Shown here piece by piece: positions 19,599 through 27,400 of a stretch of 48,814 nt of DNA (positions are counted from its first letter, which is position 1; each line of letters starts with the position of its first letter). The position numbers and the translations under genes were made by a program. The notes beneath the pieces are model-generated. The model worked only from the letters and a program-made list of their open reading frames with translations. It did no database searches and was not told the origin of the DNA. This DNA is from Sphingosinicella sp. (lineage in GTDB: Bacteria; Pseudomonadota; Alphaproteobacteria; Sphingomonadales; Sphingomonadaceae), in the NCBI GenBank assembly GCA_052387495.1, contig JBQTJC010000094.1; one strand, 5' to 3'.

Positions 19599-20486
19599 AT
19601 GCCTAGCTTGACCGCCCGCCGCGCGGCGGCGAAAGCGGCGCGGATGGAGCGCGAGTCCCCCGCCGCCGAGCCCGGCGAAGCCACGGCCGAGCCGGAGAAG
19701 AAGGAAAGTTGGTGGGACACCATCCGCTTCCTCTTGATCCTGTTCGCGATCACTTTGTTCGTGCGCACGTTCGTCTTCGCGCCCTTTTCGATCCCCTCGG
19801 GCTCGATGCTGCCCAACCTGATGATCGGCGACTATCTGTTCGTGACCAAATGGCCCTATGGCTGGTCGCGCTACGCGATGCCGTTCGGGATGGGCGGCTT
19901 CGAGGGGCGGATCGGGGGCGCATTGCCCGACCGCGGCGACATCGTCGTCTTCCGCTATCCGGGCCAGGAGGAAGAGGATTATGTGAAGCGGGTGATCGGC
20001 CTGCCCGGCGACCGCATCGAGGTGCGCGGCGGAGTCGTGATCCTGAACGGCACGTCGGTGCCGCGCCAGCGGATCGCCGATTACGTGATGCAGGTCAGCG
20101 CCAACAGCCCCTGCCGAGTGGTCGGCAACGATCCCGAGGCGGGCGCGCAGCAAAGCTCGAATGGCGAGGAATGCCATTATCCGCGCTACCGCGAGACGCT
20201 CCCCGGCGGGCGCAGCTACGAGGTGCTCGATCAGGGCGGCTCGCCAGCCGACGAGTTCGGCCCGATCGTCGTGCCCGACGGCCATCTCTTCGTGATGGGC
20301 GACAATCGCGACGACAGCGAGGACAGCCGGGTGTCCCTTGAGGAGGGCGGGGTCGGCTTGCTCCCGGCCGAGAATCTGATCGGCGAGGCGCTGATCGCCT
20401 TCTGGTCGACCGACGGCTCGGCCGGCTGGCTGCCCTGGACCTGGCTTTCGGCCGCGCGCTGGGCGCGGATCGGGCGGACCTATTGA
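19599..20486 (+). CDS. lepB: Signal peptidase I
   Basis: IPSGSMLP, DYVKRVIGLPGD, MGDNRDDSEDSR; start uncertain (19599, 19608 or 19644). Confidence 0.95.
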   Translation: MPSLTARRAAAKAARMERESPAAEPGEATAEPEKKESWWDTIRFLLILFAITLFVRTFVFAPFSIPSGSMLPNLMIGDYLFVTKWPYGWSRYAMPFGMGGFEGRIGGALPDRGDIVVFRYPGQEEEDYVKRVIGLPGDRIEVRGGVVILNGTSVPRQRIADYVMQVSANSPCRVVGNDPEAGAQQSSNGEECHYPRYRETLPGGRSYEVLDQGGSPADEFGPIVVPDGHLFVMGDNRDDSEDSRVSLEEGGVGLLPAENLIGEALIAFWSTDGSAGWLPWTWLSAARWARIGRTY

Positions 20487-21148
20487 TGAGCGACCTTTCC
20501 GACTGGCTCGAGGACAAGCTCGGCCACCGCCCGCGCGGCCTCGCGCCGTTCGAGGCGGCGCTCACCCATGCCAGTTTCGGCGAGGGCAATTACGAGCGGC
20601 TGGAGTTTCTGGGCGACCGCGTCCTCGGCCTCGCTGTCGCGCATTGGCTGATCGAGACCTATCCGAACGAGCCCGAAGGCAATCTCTCGCAGCGCCTCAA
20701 CGCGCTCGTCACCCGTGAGGTCTGCGCCGAGATCGCGCGCGAGCTCGAGCTGACGCCGCGGCTGCGCCTCGGCCGCCAGGCGATCGACGACGGCGTGTTC
20801 GACAGCGACAATGTGCTGGGCGACGTCGTCGAGGCCTTGATCGGTGCGCTCTATCTCGAGGCGGGCTTCGAGGCGGCGAGCAAGTTCGTCCGCGCCGCCT
20901 GGGCGGACCGGGTCGACCGGCTCGCCGCGCCGCCCAAGCATCCCAAGGCGGCGCTGCAGGAATGGACCGCGGCGCAGAGACGGCGGGCACCCCATTACGA
21001 GGTGGTCGAGGCGCGCGGTCCCGACCATGCCCGCCGCTTCACGGTGACCGTCACCATCAAGGGCGTCGGCGAGGCGACGGGCACCGGCCTTTCCAAGCAG
21101 GAAGCCGAAACCGAGGCGGCCCGCGCGATGCTGAAGGACCTGCCATGA
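20486..21148 (+). CDS. rnc: Ribonuclease III
   Basis: NYERLEFLGDRVLG, DVVEALIGALY, C-terminal dsRBD. Confidence 0.96.
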   Translation: MSDLSDWLEDKLGHRPRGLAPFEAALTHASFGEGNYERLEFLGDRVLGLAVAHWLIETYPNEPEGNLSQRLNALVTREVCAEIARELELTPRLRLGRQAIDDGVFDSDNVLGDVVEALIGALYLEAGFEAASKFVRAAWADRVDRLAAPPKHPKAALQEWTAAQRRRAPHYEVVEARGPDHARRFTVTVTIKGVGEATGTGLSKQEAETEAARAMLKDLP

Positions 21149-22038
21149 CGCAGCGTTTCGGCACGGTCGCCGTCGTCGGCGCGCCCAATGCGGGCAAGTC
21201 GACCCTGGTCAACGCGCTGGTCGGGCAGAAGGTCGCGATCGTGACCCCCAAGGCGCAGACCACCCGCACCCGCTTGATGGGGATCGCACTGCTCGGCGAG
21301 ACGCAGCTCCTGCTGACCGACACGCCCGGCATCTTCCAGCCGAAGCGGCGGCTCGACCGGGCGATGGTCGCCGCCGCCTGGGGCAGCGCGCAAGACGCCG
21401 ACCTGATCGCGCTCGTCGTCGACGCTAAGACCGGGCTGACCCGCGGTCTCGACGAGATGCTCGACCGACTGAAGGAGCGGCGCGAGCCGAAAATCCTGGT
21501 CCTCAACAAGGTCGATCTGGTCGCCAAGGAGAGCCTGCTCGCGCTCGCCACGGAGCTCGGGCGGCGGACGGAATTCGAGCAGATTTTCATGATCTCCGCG
21601 ACGAGTGGCGATGGCGTCGCCGATCTCAAGGCCGCGCTCGCTGCACGCATGCCGGAAGGACCGTGGCACTTCCCCGAAGATCAGGTTTCCGACGCCACCG
21701 ACCGGATGATGGCGGCCGAGGTGACCCGCGAGCAGCTCTACCACCAGCTTCACGCCGAATTGCCCTACGAAAGCGCGATCGAGACCGAGAAGTTCGAGGA
21801 GCGGCCCGACGGCTCGGCTGTGATCCACCAGCAGATCCTCGTCGCCCGCGACAGCCAGAAGGCGATCGTGCTCGGCAAGGGTGGCACCCGCATCAAGGCG
21901 ATCGGCGAGGCGGCGCGCAAAGAGCTGTCGGCACTCCTCGGCCGCAAGGTCCACCTCTTCCTCCACGTCAAGGTCAACCCGAAATGGGAGGAGGACCGCG
22001 GGCTCTACCGCGAGATCGGGCTGGAGTGGGTGGAGTGA
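21145..22038 (+). CDS. era: GTPase Era
   Basis: GAPNAGKSTL, KAQTTR, DTPG, NKVD, KH domain; ATGA overlap with rnc. Confidence 0.97.
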   Translation: MTQRFGTVAVVGAPNAGKSTLVNALVGQKVAIVTPKAQTTRTRLMGIALLGETQLLLTDTPGIFQPKRRLDRAMVAAAWGSAQDADLIALVVDAKTGLTRGLDEMLDRLKERREPKILVLNKVDLVAKESLLALATELGRRTEFEQIFMISATSGDGVADLKAALAARMPEGPWHFPEDQVSDATDRMMAAEVTREQLYHQLHAELPYESAIETEKFEERPDGSAVIHQQILVARDSQKAIVLGKGGTRIKAIGEAARKELSALLGRKVHLFLHVKVNPKWEEDRGLYREIGLEWVE

Positions 22039-22060
22039 GGCCCGCCGCCGCGGACCTCAC
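22035..22060. terminator. Hairpin between convergent era and rtcB
   Basis: GTGAGG-C-CCGC-CGCC-GCGG-A-CCTCAC; no U tract. Confidence 0.45.
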
Positions 22061-22066
22061 CCTCAT

Positions 22067-23290
22067 TCACCCTTTGACGTTGACGATCTGCCGCAGCCGG
22101 TGCCGGATCCGCACCAGATCGGTCTGCGCGTTCATCACGGCGCCGATGTCCTTGTAGGCGGCCGGACTCTCGTCCAGCACGCCTTCGTCCACCCGCGCCT
22201 CGATGCCGCGCATTGCCGCCTCGTGCTGCTCGAGCGTGATCCGGCGCTTGGCTTCGCCGCGCGACATCAGCCGGCCCGCGCCGTGCGAGCAGGAGCAGAA
22301 GCTCTCGTCATTGCCGAGCCCCTCGACGATGAAGCTGCCGGTACCCATCGAGCCCGGGATGATCCCGAGCTCGCCCTGGCCGGCGCGCACCGCGCCCTTG
22401 CGGGTCACCCAGACGCGCTCGCCGAAATGGGTCTCCTGCACCGCATAATTGTGGTGGCAGTTGATCGCCAGCTTGTCGGTCTTGAACGCCGGCAGGTGCT
22501 TGCGCAGCGCGTCGAGGACGCGGCCCATCATCAACTCGCGGTTCGCGATCGCATAATCCTGCGCGAAGTGCATCGCTTCGATATAATCGTCGAAGAGCTG
22601 CGAGCCTTCGCTCAGGAACGCGAGATCGCGATCGGCAAGGTGGAAATCCAGCCGCTCCTTCGCGATCGCCTCCCTGGCGGCGTCGATGAAGTAGGTGCCG
22701 ATCCGGTTGCCGGTGCCGCGCGAGCCCGAATGGAGCATCACCCACAGCCGATCCTCCTCATCGAGGCAGATCTCGATGAAGTGATTGCCCCCGCCCATCG
22801 AGCCGAGTTGGTCGCTGGTCTTGCCCTCCACCTTCGGGTGCCTGGCGACGATCTTGCGCCAGCGCGCCTCGAAGCGATCGTACCAGGCGCGCGCCACCGA
22901 ATTCGGGGTCACGACCCAGCCGCCCTTCGCATGGTTCGCGCTTTGGCTCGATTCGAAGCCCTTGGGTACGGCACGTTCGATCTCCGCCCGGACCGCGCCA
23001 AGGCCGTCGGGAAGCCGGTCGGCGGTGAGCGAGGTGCGCACCGCCATCATCCCGCAGCCGATGTCCACGCCCACCGCGGCCGGCACGATCGCCGCCTTGG
23101 TGGCGATGACCGAGCCCACGGTCGCGCCCTTGCCCCAGTGCACGTCCGGCATGCCCGCGACATGGCCGAACACGAACGGCAGCGACGCCACGTTGCGAAG
23201 CTGCTGCATCGCCCCCGCCTCGAAAGGCTGGTGGCTGTCCCACAATTTCAACGGCACGCCGGCCGTCTGATGAATCGAAAACTTGTCCAT
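22067..23290 (-). CDS. rtcB: RtcB family RNA ligase (3'-phosphate/5'-OH)
   Basis: MPDVHWG, VGVDIGCG, GGGNHF, HSGSRG, CHHNY, PGSMG, SCSHGAGR, DESPAAYK. Confidence 0.97.
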   Translation of the reverse strand: MDKFSIHQTAGVPLKLWDSHQPFEAGAMQQLRNVASLPFVFGHVAGMPDVHWGKGATVGSVIATKAAIVPAAVGVDIGCGMMAVRTSLTADRLPDGLGAVRAEIERAVPKGFESSQSANHAKGGWVVTPNSVARAWYDRFEARWRKIVARHPKVEGKTSDQLGSMGGGNHFIEICLDEEDRLWVMLHSGSRGTGNRIGTYFIDAAREAIAKERLDFHLADRDLAFLSEGSQLFDDYIEAMHFAQDYAIANRELMMGRVLDALRKHLPAFKTDKLAINCHHNYAVQETHFGERVWVTRKGAVRAGQGELGIIPGSMGTGSFIVEGLGNDESFCSCSHGAGRLMSRGEAKRRITLEQHEAAMRGIEARVDEGVLDESPAAYKDIGAVMNAQTDLVRIRHRLRQIVNVKG

Positions 23291-23317
23291 GGCCTTGATC
23301 CTGATGACTGGAATTTC

Positions 23318-23394
23318 TGGTCAGGGTGGCCGGACTTGAACCGGCGACCTCCCGCTTCCAAGGCGGGCACTCTATCCACCTGAGCTACACCCTG
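23318..23394 (-). tRNA. tRNA-Pro(UGG), atypical
   Basis: 77 nt cloverleaf: CAGGGTG/CACCCTG acceptor, A73, encoded CCA; D-arm GCTC/GAGT; anticodon stem CCCGC/GCGGG, loop CTTGGAA; T-arm GCCGG-TTCAAGT-CCGGC. Confidence 0.88.
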
Positions 23395-23420
23395 AACGAC
23401 GGGCGCAGCGCGGCGACCCG

Positions 23421-23474
23421 TCAACCTCGTAGGCTGACGCTCCTCGGTCGGAGATAGAGTTCGGTCGCGCACAT
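23421..23474 (-). CDS. Putative leader peptide MCATELYLRPRSVSLRG (17 aa)
   Basis: ATG...TGA between candidate promoter and tRNA; rare codons CGA, AGG, CTA, CGA; no SD (near-leaderless). Too short to prove coding. Confidence 0.45.
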   Translation of the reverse strand: MCATELYLRPRSVSLRG

Positions 23475-23484
23475 AGCGGACGGG

Positions 23485-23513
23485 CCGATACGCGAATGGG
23501 CGATTCGGCGCAA
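23485..23513 (-). promoter_or_regulatory. Candidate sigma70 promoter TTGCGC-N17-TATCGG for leader-tRNA-rtcB
   Basis: 17-nt spacing, immediately after cobB stop; partial consensus only. Confidence 0.4.
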
Positions 23514-23514
23514 G

Positions 23515-24219
23515 TCAGCCGGCCAGAATCTCGTCTACCCAGGCCGGCACCAACTCGCCCGCTTTGCCGATCCGGCTCTCGTGAAAGTGATAGGAGCCGA
23601 GGCTGGGATCGAGGTTCATCTCGATCGTCCGGGCGCCGCAATAGCGGGCGGTCTGGACGAAGCCGGCGGCGGGGTAGACGGCGCCCGAGGTGCCGATCGA
23701 GACGAATAGATCGGCCTCCATCAACGCCCGGTCGATCGCCTCCATCCCGTAGGGCATCTCGCCGAACCAGACGATGTCAGGCCGGAGCCCTCCCGCCGCG
23801 CCGCAGCCTGGACAGGCGGGATGATCGCCGAGATCGGCTTCCCATCGCGCGCGCCCGTCGCAGCCAAGGCACCAGGCCGAGTTCAATTCGCCGTGCATGT
23901 GCAGCACGCGCTTCGCCCCGGCGCGCTCGTGCAGATCGTCCACATTTTGGGTGACAATGAGCAACTCGCCCGGCCACCCGGCATCGAGCCGCGCCAGCGC
24001 CCGGTGTGCCGCATTGGGCTCCACCGTCCTCAGCCGCGCCCGCCGCGCGTCGTAAAAGGCCTGGACCAGAGCCGGATCGCGCGCGAACGCCTCGGGCGTC
24101 GCCGCGTCCTCGACCCGATGCCCCTCCCACAGCCCGTCCGGCCCGCGAAAGGTGGCGAGCCCGCTTTCGGCGGAGATGCCGGCGCCGGTCAGGACGACGA
24201 TGTTGTGGATGCCGCGCAT
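23515..24219 (-). CDS. cobB: NAD-dependent protein deacylase (sirtuin class III)
   Basis: LTGAGISAESG, FYDARR, TQNVDDLHERAG, HMHGE, CxxC..CxxC, RPDIVWFGE, GTSGAVYPAAG. Confidence 0.95.
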   Translation of the reverse strand: MRGIHNIVVLTGAGISAESGLATFRGPDGLWEGHRVEDAATPEAFARDPALVQAFYDARRARLRTVEPNAAHRALARLDAGWPGELLIVTQNVDDLHERAGAKRVLHMHGELNSAWCLGCDGRARWEADLGDHPACPGCGAAGGLRPDIVWFGEMPYGMEAIDRALMEADLFVSIGTSGAVYPAAGFVQTARYCGARTIEMNLDPSLGSYHFHESRIGKAGELVPAWVDEILAG

Positions 24220-24287
24220 TCGCCATCGATAGCGCCCTTCACCCGCCGGACAACCGCATCTTAAACACTCATAGCTAAGGCCTCCCC

Positions 24288-26285
24288 ATGGCGACCACGG
24301 CCGCATCTGCGCGCAAGGTACGCGCGCGCCTGTCCTGGGCGGGCGCGGCGGGGCTGACCTTGCCCGCGACGATCCTCGTTACCCTGCTCTTCGAGCTGGC
24401 GCTGGCGGAGCGGAAATATGCCTTGTTCGGCGGCGGCTTCGGCGCCTCGCAGGTGCTCGACACGCCGGTCGAGATCGGCGCCTTCCTGATCGGCCTCGTC
24501 GCCTGCCAGACCCTCGTTCTCTGGCTGCTCTACCGGCTGGTGCGGCGGCTGCACGGGCGGCGGGGGGACAGCCCGCTCTTTCACCTCAATTTCGCGATCT
24601 TCGCGGGCGGCGGGATGATCGGCGCGACGATCGCCAAATATCAGGCGCTCGCTTTCTTTAGCGACGCGATGAGCTTCCAGATCGTTCGCAATCTCGGCGG
24701 CGGCAGCCTCACCGACGCCCTGCTTTATTCACTTAGCGAAGCGGGGCTGATGGCGATCGCGCTCGGCGGCGCAGGCCTCGTCTATGCGGGGCTGCTGTTG
24801 TGGCTGCGCAGAAAGTGGCGCGACGTGCCGCCGCTCCCCAACTGTTACCGGCTGACGCGCGGGCGGCTCGCGCTCGCATTGATCGGCACGCCCCTCCTTC
24901 TCTTCGCGGTCAACCGGGTGGATGATGCGCGCCCCGCCCTCGCCCGCTTCAACGGCGTGCTCGTAGTGGGGACGGCCCTGCACCAGGCGACCGATTTCGA
25001 TCGCGACGGCTGGAGCTTCTATTCCTTCCCGCTGGACCGGCGGCCGTTCGACGGCAGCCGCCACCCCTATGCGCTCGACGTGCCCAACAACGGCATCGAC
25101 GAGGATGGGATCGGCGGCGACTTCGTCTTCTCCGGGAACGCGGAAACGGCGCCGCCGCCTGTCATCGCCGGGCGAAGACGCCATGTCATCCTGATCGTGC
25201 TCGAAAGCGCCCGCGCCGACGCGCTCGGAATGCGGGTGGATGGCCGTCCCGTCGCGCCGAACCTCGAAGCGATGGCGCGCGCGGGCTCGGCGGCGCGCGA
25301 GGCCTACAGCCATGTCGGCTTCACCACCCAGTCGCTGCAAAGCCTATTCAGCGGCGAGCTCGCCCCCACCGATGACCGCCAGTCGCTGATTCGCGACTTC
25401 CTCGCCAACGGCTATCGGGTCGGCGTGCTCTCCGGCCAGGCCGAGGATTTCGGCGACACCGCGGCGCGGGTCGGCATGCGGCGCGGCGCCTTCTTCGTCG
25501 ACGCCGAAACCAACCGCGAGGAACGCGTCTTCGATTTCGCGGCGCAGGGCTCCTTGACCATCGACGGCCGCGTGCTGCTGCGCGAGTTCGACCGGCGGCT
25601 GGGGCGGCCGGAGGCCTGGGCGCGGCCCAATTTTCTCTACATGAACCTGCAATCAGCGCATTTTCCCTATTCCTGGCCGGGCATGGACCGGATCCTGCCG
25701 GGCGAGCCGATTCCGCGCGGCGAGATTTCGGCGAGCAATCGCGCTTGGGTTGCGCGCACCTATTGGAACGCGATCGCCTATAACGACCAGCTGATCGGCG
25801 CGCTCCGCGAGCGGCTGCGGCAGCTGGGTGTGCTCGACGACACTTTGATCGTGGTCACCGCCGATCATGGCGAGTCGCTGTTCGACGATGGCTTCCTCGG
25901 CCACGGCCACATGCTGAACGCACAGCAGACGCGGATTCCGTTCATCCTGAGCGACCCGGGCGTCACCCTTCCCGCCCCTCTCGGCCTCGCCGACATGCGC
26001 GCGGTGATCCTGAACGCGGCGGGCGCTTCGGCGCCTCGGCGCTCAGGTCCGGTCTTTCAATATCTGGGCAGCCTGGAGCGGCCCGGCTCGATCGGCTTGG
26101 TCGGACTGGGCGGCGACTGGACGATCTTCAACTTGTTCACCGAGTCGGTCTGGACCAGCCGCTCGGGCCGCTGGCAGCGTTATGCCCAATTGCCGCCGGA
26201 GAGTGCAGAGCGCCGCGCCGCCGATGCGGCCGTCGCCGAATGGGCACGGCAGCGCTGGCTGAAGCACCTGCGCGAGAACGGCTGA
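24288..26285 (+). CDS. Membrane-anchored sulfatase/alkaline-phosphatase superfamily protein (LTA synthase-like architecture)
   Basis: About five N-terminal TM helices; LIVLESARAD, GFTTQS, HFPY, TADHGE, GHGH. Confidence 0.82.
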   Translation: MATTAASARKVRARLSWAGAAGLTLPATILVTLLFELALAERKYALFGGGFGASQVLDTPVEIGAFLIGLVACQTLVLWLLYRLVRRLHGRRGDSPLFHLNFAIFAGGGMIGATIAKYQALAFFSDAMSFQIVRNLGGGSLTDALLYSLSEAGLMAIALGGAGLVYAGLLLWLRRKWRDVPPLPNCYRLTRGRLALALIGTPLLLFAVNRVDDARPALARFNGVLVVGTALHQATDFDRDGWSFYSFPLDRRPFDGSRHPYALDVPNNGIDEDGIGGDFVFSGNAETAPPPVIAGRRRHVILIVLESARADALGMRVDGRPVAPNLEAMARAGSAAREAYSHVGFTTQSLQSLFSGELAPTDDRQSLIRDFLANGYRVGVLSGQAEDFGDTAARVGMRRGAFFVDAETNREERVFDFAAQGSLTIDGRVLLREFDRRLGRPEAWARPNFLYMNLQSAHFPYSWPGMDRILPGEPIPRGEISASNRAWVARTYWNAIAYNDQLIGALRERLRQLGVLDDTLIVVTADHGESLFDDGFLGHGHMLNAQQTRIPFILSDPGVTLPAPLGLADMRAVILNAAGASAPRRSGPVFQYLGSLERPGSIGLVGLGGDWTIFNLFTESVWTSRSGRWQRYAQLPPESAERRAADAAVAEWARQRWLKHLRENG

Positions 26286-26288
26286 ACC

Positions 26289-26327
26289 AAAACGACCCCG
26301 GCGCGGCCAATGCGCCGGGGTCGTTTC
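26289..26327. terminator. Bidirectional intrinsic terminator
   Basis: AAACGACCCCGGCGC-loop-GCGCCGGGGTCGTTT between convergent genes. Confidence 0.85.
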
Positions 26328-26339
26328 GGGGAGAACCGG

Positions 26340-26540
26340 TCAGTTGTTGGTCGCGGGGGTGTCTACCTTGACGTCGGCATTGATGTCGGTCGCCTTGTCG
26401 GCGCCGCCGATCAGATTGCCGCCGAAGATCAGGAACAGCACGACGACCACCGCGATCAGCAGCACCACGGCGAGGATCGTTCCGCCGCCGCCACCGCCGC
26501 CGTCGCTCGTCACGATCACTTCTTTTTCACGCTCGGCCAT
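26340..26540 (-). CDS. Small single-pass membrane protein, probable general-stress-response target
   Basis: AAGGAG RBS; MAEREKEVIVTSDGGGGGGG then TM helix; EcfG-type promoter upstream. Confidence 0.85.
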   Translation of the reverse strand: MAEREKEVIVTSDGGGGGGGTILAVVLLIAVVVVLFLIFGGNLIGGADKATDINADVKVDTPATNN

Positions 26541-26573
26541 CGGAAAACTCCTTGAGTTTCGTTCGGGGGAGGC

Positions 26574-26598
26574 AACGCCGAGCCGGCGCGCCTGTTCC
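26574..26598 (-). promoter_or_regulatory. EcfG/SigT general stress promoter GGAAC-N16-CGTT
   Basis: Exact match to the alphaproteobacterial EcfG consensus, 33 nt upstream of ATG 26540. Confidence 0.82.
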
Positions 26599-26665
26599 AT
26601 TGCGCCGGCTTGCCGCGCCGACGCGCCTCGCCCATGAAGATGAAGCGAAGGGAGCGTGGACGGGC

Positions 26666-27400
26666 ATGGCGATACGGATCGGGATCCTCGGGTCGGCCGG
26701 ACGGATGGGCCGGGCGATCGCCGCCGCGATCGAGGGCGAGGCGGAGGCGAATCTCGCCGGCGGCGCGGATCAGGGCGACGACCCTGCGGCGCTGGCGCGG
26801 AGCTGCGACGTGCTCGTCGATTTCTCCGCGCCAGCCGCGTTGGAGGCGAATCTTGACGCCGCGGTCAGCGCAGGCGTCGCCATCGTCCTCGGCACGACGG
26901 GGCTCGATGCTGCGCAGCAGAATCTGATCGACGAGGCCGCCGGGCGCGTCCCGGTGTTGCAGGCGGCGAACATGTCGCTGGGCGTCAACCTGCTTGCCCA
27001 TCTCGTCCGCGAGGCGGCGGCGCGGCTCGGCGAGGATTGGGACATCGAGATCGTCGAGATGCATCACCGCCACAAGGTCGACGCCCCGTCAGGCACGGCG
27101 CTGATGCTCGGGCACGCGGCCGCCGCCGGTCGCGGCGTCGAACTGGACATGGTCAGCGACCGCGGCCGCGACGGCATTACCGGCGCGCGCGAGGCGGGCC
27201 ATATCGGCTTCGCCGCGCTGCGCGGCGGCTCGGTCGCGGGCGATCACCAGGTGATCCTCGCCGCCGAGGGCGAGCGGCTCGAGCTCGGCCACCGCGCCGA
27301 AAGCCGCGACATCTTCGCGCGCGGGGCGGTGAGGGCGGCGCTCTGGCTCCGTGGCAAGGCGCCCGGGCGCTACGACATGGCGGACGTGCTGGGGCTGTGA
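26666..27400 (+). CDS. dapB: 4-hydroxy-tetrahydrodipicolinate reductase
   Basis: GSAGRMG, GTTG, ANMSLGVN, EMHHRHKVDAPSGTA. Confidence 0.97.
   Translation: MAIRIGILGSAGRMGRAIAAAIEGEAEANLAGGADQGDDPAALARSCDVLVDFSAPAALEANLDAAVSAGVAIVLGTTGLDAAQQNLIDEAAGRVPVLQAANMSLGVNLLAHLVREAAARLGEDWDIEIVEMHHRHKVDAPSGTALMLGHAAAAGRGVELDMVSDRGRDGITGAREAGHIGFAALRGGSVAGDHQVILAAEGERLELGHRAESRDIFARGAVRAALWLRGKAPGRYDMADVLGL

Noticed and set aside
23267-23307. Hammerhead-like CTGATGA...GAAA on the plus strand at the rtcB start
   Set aside because: Only 3 nt between CTGATGA and GAAA (no stem II), no proper stems I/III, and it is antisense to rtcB codons
23395-23480. Leader as a Y RNA (YrlA-like) or second tRNA
   Set aside because: No T-loop or cloverleaf and no Ro60/TROVE gene in the window; not excluded without a covariance search
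23515-24219. cobB as part of the rtcB system or as a defence sirtuin; link to acs
   Set aside because: Ordinary class III CobB; a candidate promoter separates it from the tRNA unit; acs is 22 kb away
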